Assembly: GCA_013151915.1 (NCBI GenBank)
Contig: JAADHJ010000033.1
Span: 37,642-101,641, forward strand
From: Deltaproteobacteria bacterium
GTDB lineage: Bacteria; BMS3Abin14
Length of the DNA stretch: 64,000 bases
Direction: 5' to 3'
Under the pieces are notes generated by a model that was given only the letters and a program-made list of their open reading frames with translations, had not been told where the DNA came from and ran no database searches. Of the stretch, positions 62,022-64,000 are shown piece after piece (the first letter of the stretch is position 1; each line of letters starts with the position of its first letter). The translations under genes and the position numbers were made by a program.

Positions 62022-64000
62022 ATGTTTCCTCTCACAGAGATCCTGGAGGATCTTGATCAGCGCAGGGTTTCGTCCATCTCCGGCCTCGGCCTCCCGGCCG
62101 CAGCCTGTCTGGCCGCTTCCCTTCCGGATCCGAACCATCTTGTCATCGTTACCCCGGACGACGAAAGGGCCAGAACCTTCAGGGATGATCTCTCCTTCTT
62201 CCTGCCCGGACGCAATGTCGGCTTCCTTCCTCCGGAGGAAGCGCTTCCATACGAGAGGATGCTCCCCGACATTGAGCGATCCTCCCTTAGAATCAGTTGT
62301 CTTCTCGCAGCGGGGTCCGGTGCCGCGCCGATAGTAATTCCCGCTCCGGCTCTCCTCCAACCCACCATCCCTCCAGACCTGCTGGCCCATATTTCCATGA
62401 CAATCAACTCCGGAGAGGACATGGACCGGGAACCGGCCCTTCAGAATCTGTCGACCCTGGGATATACAAGGGTGCCTTCGGTCTCCCAGTTGGGCGAGAT
62501 GGCGGTGAGAGGTGGTATTCTGGATATCTTTTCCCCCGGACACCTGTTTCCCGTGCGGATTGAACTTTGGGGAAACTCCGTGCAGTCCATCCGGACCTTC
62601 GACACTGAGAATCAGCGCAGCCTGAAACAGGTGGATACCGCCGTTGTGCTCCCTGTGACGGAAGTCCTGCGAACCCCTGAGATCCTTTCCCGGGGCCGTA
62701 AACGCCTCAGCGATCTTCTCCTGGCTCAGGGGCTTTCATCCAGGGAACGGGAGAGGGCCCTGATCCCATGGGATCAGGGCCTGGATTTTCCGGGTATTGT
62801 CAATTTTCTTCCGACTATTTACGGAATCCAAAGCCTCCCGACGGATCATTTTTCCCCGGGATGCATCGTTGTCCTTCTGGAACCGGAGGAGATCCTCCGT
62901 GGGATGGAGGATTTCATGGCCTCCGCCGGCCTCCGGCACTCGAAGGAAGCCCCTTCTCCCGACAAGGTCTACGCCAACCCGAAGGCGGTTATGGCAGATC
63001 TTAACCGTAACAACATTCTGCAGATCCGGTCTTTCGACTGCGGGGACAGCCGTTCCTACAGATGTCCGCCCCTTCTGCCACCCGGTGCACCCTCGTCCCA
63101 GCCGGACAGATTCCGTGAATTGGGACAATTTCTCGAGGAAGGCCGGTATGATCGAATTGTCATTGCCGCCCATTCCAACGGGGCCGCTGACAGGATACTT
63201 GCGCTTTTTTCCGGCATCAGCCGGGAGATCAACAGACGGACGACAACGGATGGGCTGAAACAGTGGCAGGGCATTAATGTGGTGAGCGTTCCCCTGTCCA
63301 GCGGGTTTTCCATCCCCGGGCGAAAAATCGGCTTCATCAGCGACTCGGACCTGTTCGGTCGGGTCAAAAGACATAAATCCAGGCGGCCTTTTCTCCCGGA
63401 ATGGGACCTCCCCATAGGGTCTCTTGCTCCGGGTGATTTTGTGGTCCACATCGAACACGGGATCGGTAGATATCTGGGACTAAAACAGATGGAGGTTGCG
63501 AAATCCAGCGACGACTATCTCCATCTGGCCTACGCCGGAGGGGACTCCCTGTACGTACCCGTTGAGGACATGAACCGGGTTCAGCGATTCCGGAGTTCAT
63601 CGGAGAATCCACCCGCACTCAGCAAACTCGGGGGTGCCGCCTGGACACGGGCAAAGAACCGGGTCCGCCGGTCTTTGAAACTGATGGCTGACGAACTGCT
63701 GGCGATGGCGGCCAAACGGCAGGCCGCTCCGGGCATATCCTTCCCGGAACCCGACGCCATGTTCAGGGAGTTCGAGGCCTCTTTTCCCTGGTCGGAGACA
63801 CCCGATCAGGAGAGGACCATCAACGAGGTCATTTCCGACATGATGCAGCCCCATCCCATGGACCGTCTTGTATGTGGGGATGTGGGATACGGGAAGACAG
63901 AGGTCGCCCTGAGGGCGGCCTTTCTGTCCGTTCTCGGAGGTAAACAGGTGGCGGTCCTCGTTCCGACGACAGTTCTGGCCCAACAGCACTACGAGAACTT
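62022..64000 (+). CDS. mfd: Transcription-repair coupling factor Mfd, N-terminal ~660 aa (gene continues past window end)
   Basis: Manual translation, frame 0 from ATG 62022, has no stop to the end of the window: MFPLTEILEDLDQ...GEMAVRGGILDIFSP...RIELWGNSVQSIRTFD (UvrB-homology D2) ...LVCGDVGYGKTEVALRAAF...VLVPTTVLAQQHYENF (helicase motifs I/Ia). Absent from the ORF table because it has no stop in the window. Confidence 0.85.
   Translation, partial: MFPLTEILEDLDQRRVSSISGLGLPAAACLAASLPDPNHLVIVTPDDERARTFRDDLSFFLPGRNVGFLPPEEALPYERMLPDIERSSLRISCLLAAGSGAAPIVIPAPALLQPTIPPDLLAHISMTINSGEDMDREPALQNLSTLGYTRVPSVSQLGEMAVRGGILDIFSPGHLFPVRIELWGNSVQSIRTFDTENQRSLKQVDTAVVLPVTEVLRTPEILSRGRKRLSDLLLAQGLSSRERERALIPWDQGLDFPGIVNFLPTIYGIQSLPTDHFSPGCIVVLLEPEEILRGMEDFMASAGLRHSKEAPSPDKVYANPKAVMADLNRNNILQIRSFDCGDSRSYRCPPLLPPGAPSSQPDRFRELGQFLEEGRYDRIVIAAHSNGAADRILALFSGISREINRRTTTDGLKQWQGINVVSVPLSSGFSIPGRKIGFISDSDLFGRVKRHKSRRPFLPEWDLPIGSLAPGDFVVHIEHGIGRYLGLKQMEVAKSSDDYLHLAYAGGDSLYVPVEDMNRVQRFRSSSENPPALSKLGGAAWTRAKNRVRRSLKLMADELLAMAAKRQAAPGISFPEPDAMFREFEASFPWSETPDQERTINEVISDMMQPHPMDRLVCGDVGYGKTEVALRAAFLSVLGGKQVAVLVPTTVLAQQHYEN

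Noticed and set aside
62736-63458. 240-aa minus-strand ORF and several others (62001-62543, 63056-63451, 63597-63989) at the right end of the window
   Set aside because: They lie antisense to the mfd coding frame. That frame runs uninterrupted from 62022 to the window end and carries unmistakable Mfd motifs (GDVGYGKTEVALRAAF, LAQQHY).

Overview
High-GC (~60%) bacterial chromosomal segment. The gene content resembles a Desulfobacterota/Geobacter-like anaerobe: HisKA_2/PAS kinases, an MCP, multihaem c-type cytochromes, Rex, and an atpZ-I-B-E cluster split from the rest of the atp genes. I call about 50 protein-coding genes. I found no rRNA, tRNA, CRISPR array, integrase or prophage genes.

Gene order along the window:
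- Efflux operon: partial HlyD-family MFP (runs off the left edge), TolC-like OMF, TetR.
- DedA-PAP2 fusion.
- Ser/Thr-kinase cluster: FHA, membrane FHA-VWA-FHA protein, FHA, Hanks kinase with PEGA domain, LysM protein.
- PaaI thioesterase, cupin, class II aldolase, rlmKL, MCP, yajQ.
- LivJ-like SBP plus PAS/HisKA_2 kinase, ABC-F ATPase, a second HisKA_2 kinase.
- slyD, AI-2E transporter.
- A complete nuoA-N complex I operon on the minus strand. Between nuoF/G and nuoH it carries about 10 kb of extra genes: a second NuoE-like gene, a 1026-aa NuoE'-NuoF-GltD fusion, a second NuoG-like gene, a stand-alone cNMP-binding protein and a zinc-ribbon/TPR protein.
- hemL, atpZ-I-B-E, two multihaem cytochromes c with a cytochrome b, rex.
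- gmhA, an unknown protein, an HldE-domain-II-like adenylyltransferase, and the 5' part of mfd (runs off the right edge).

The most striking non-genic signal is a family of ~135-170 bp intergenic repeats (family A). Each copy is five consecutive hairpins. There are five full-length copies plus three fragments, in both orientations, mostly right after or overlapping stop codons. Two further short repeat families (B, C) co-occur with family A in repeat hotspots. A separate ~50-nt hairpin/G-rich motif is duplicated upstream of atpZ and atpB. All functional calls are from reading translated motifs by eye. No database search was run.
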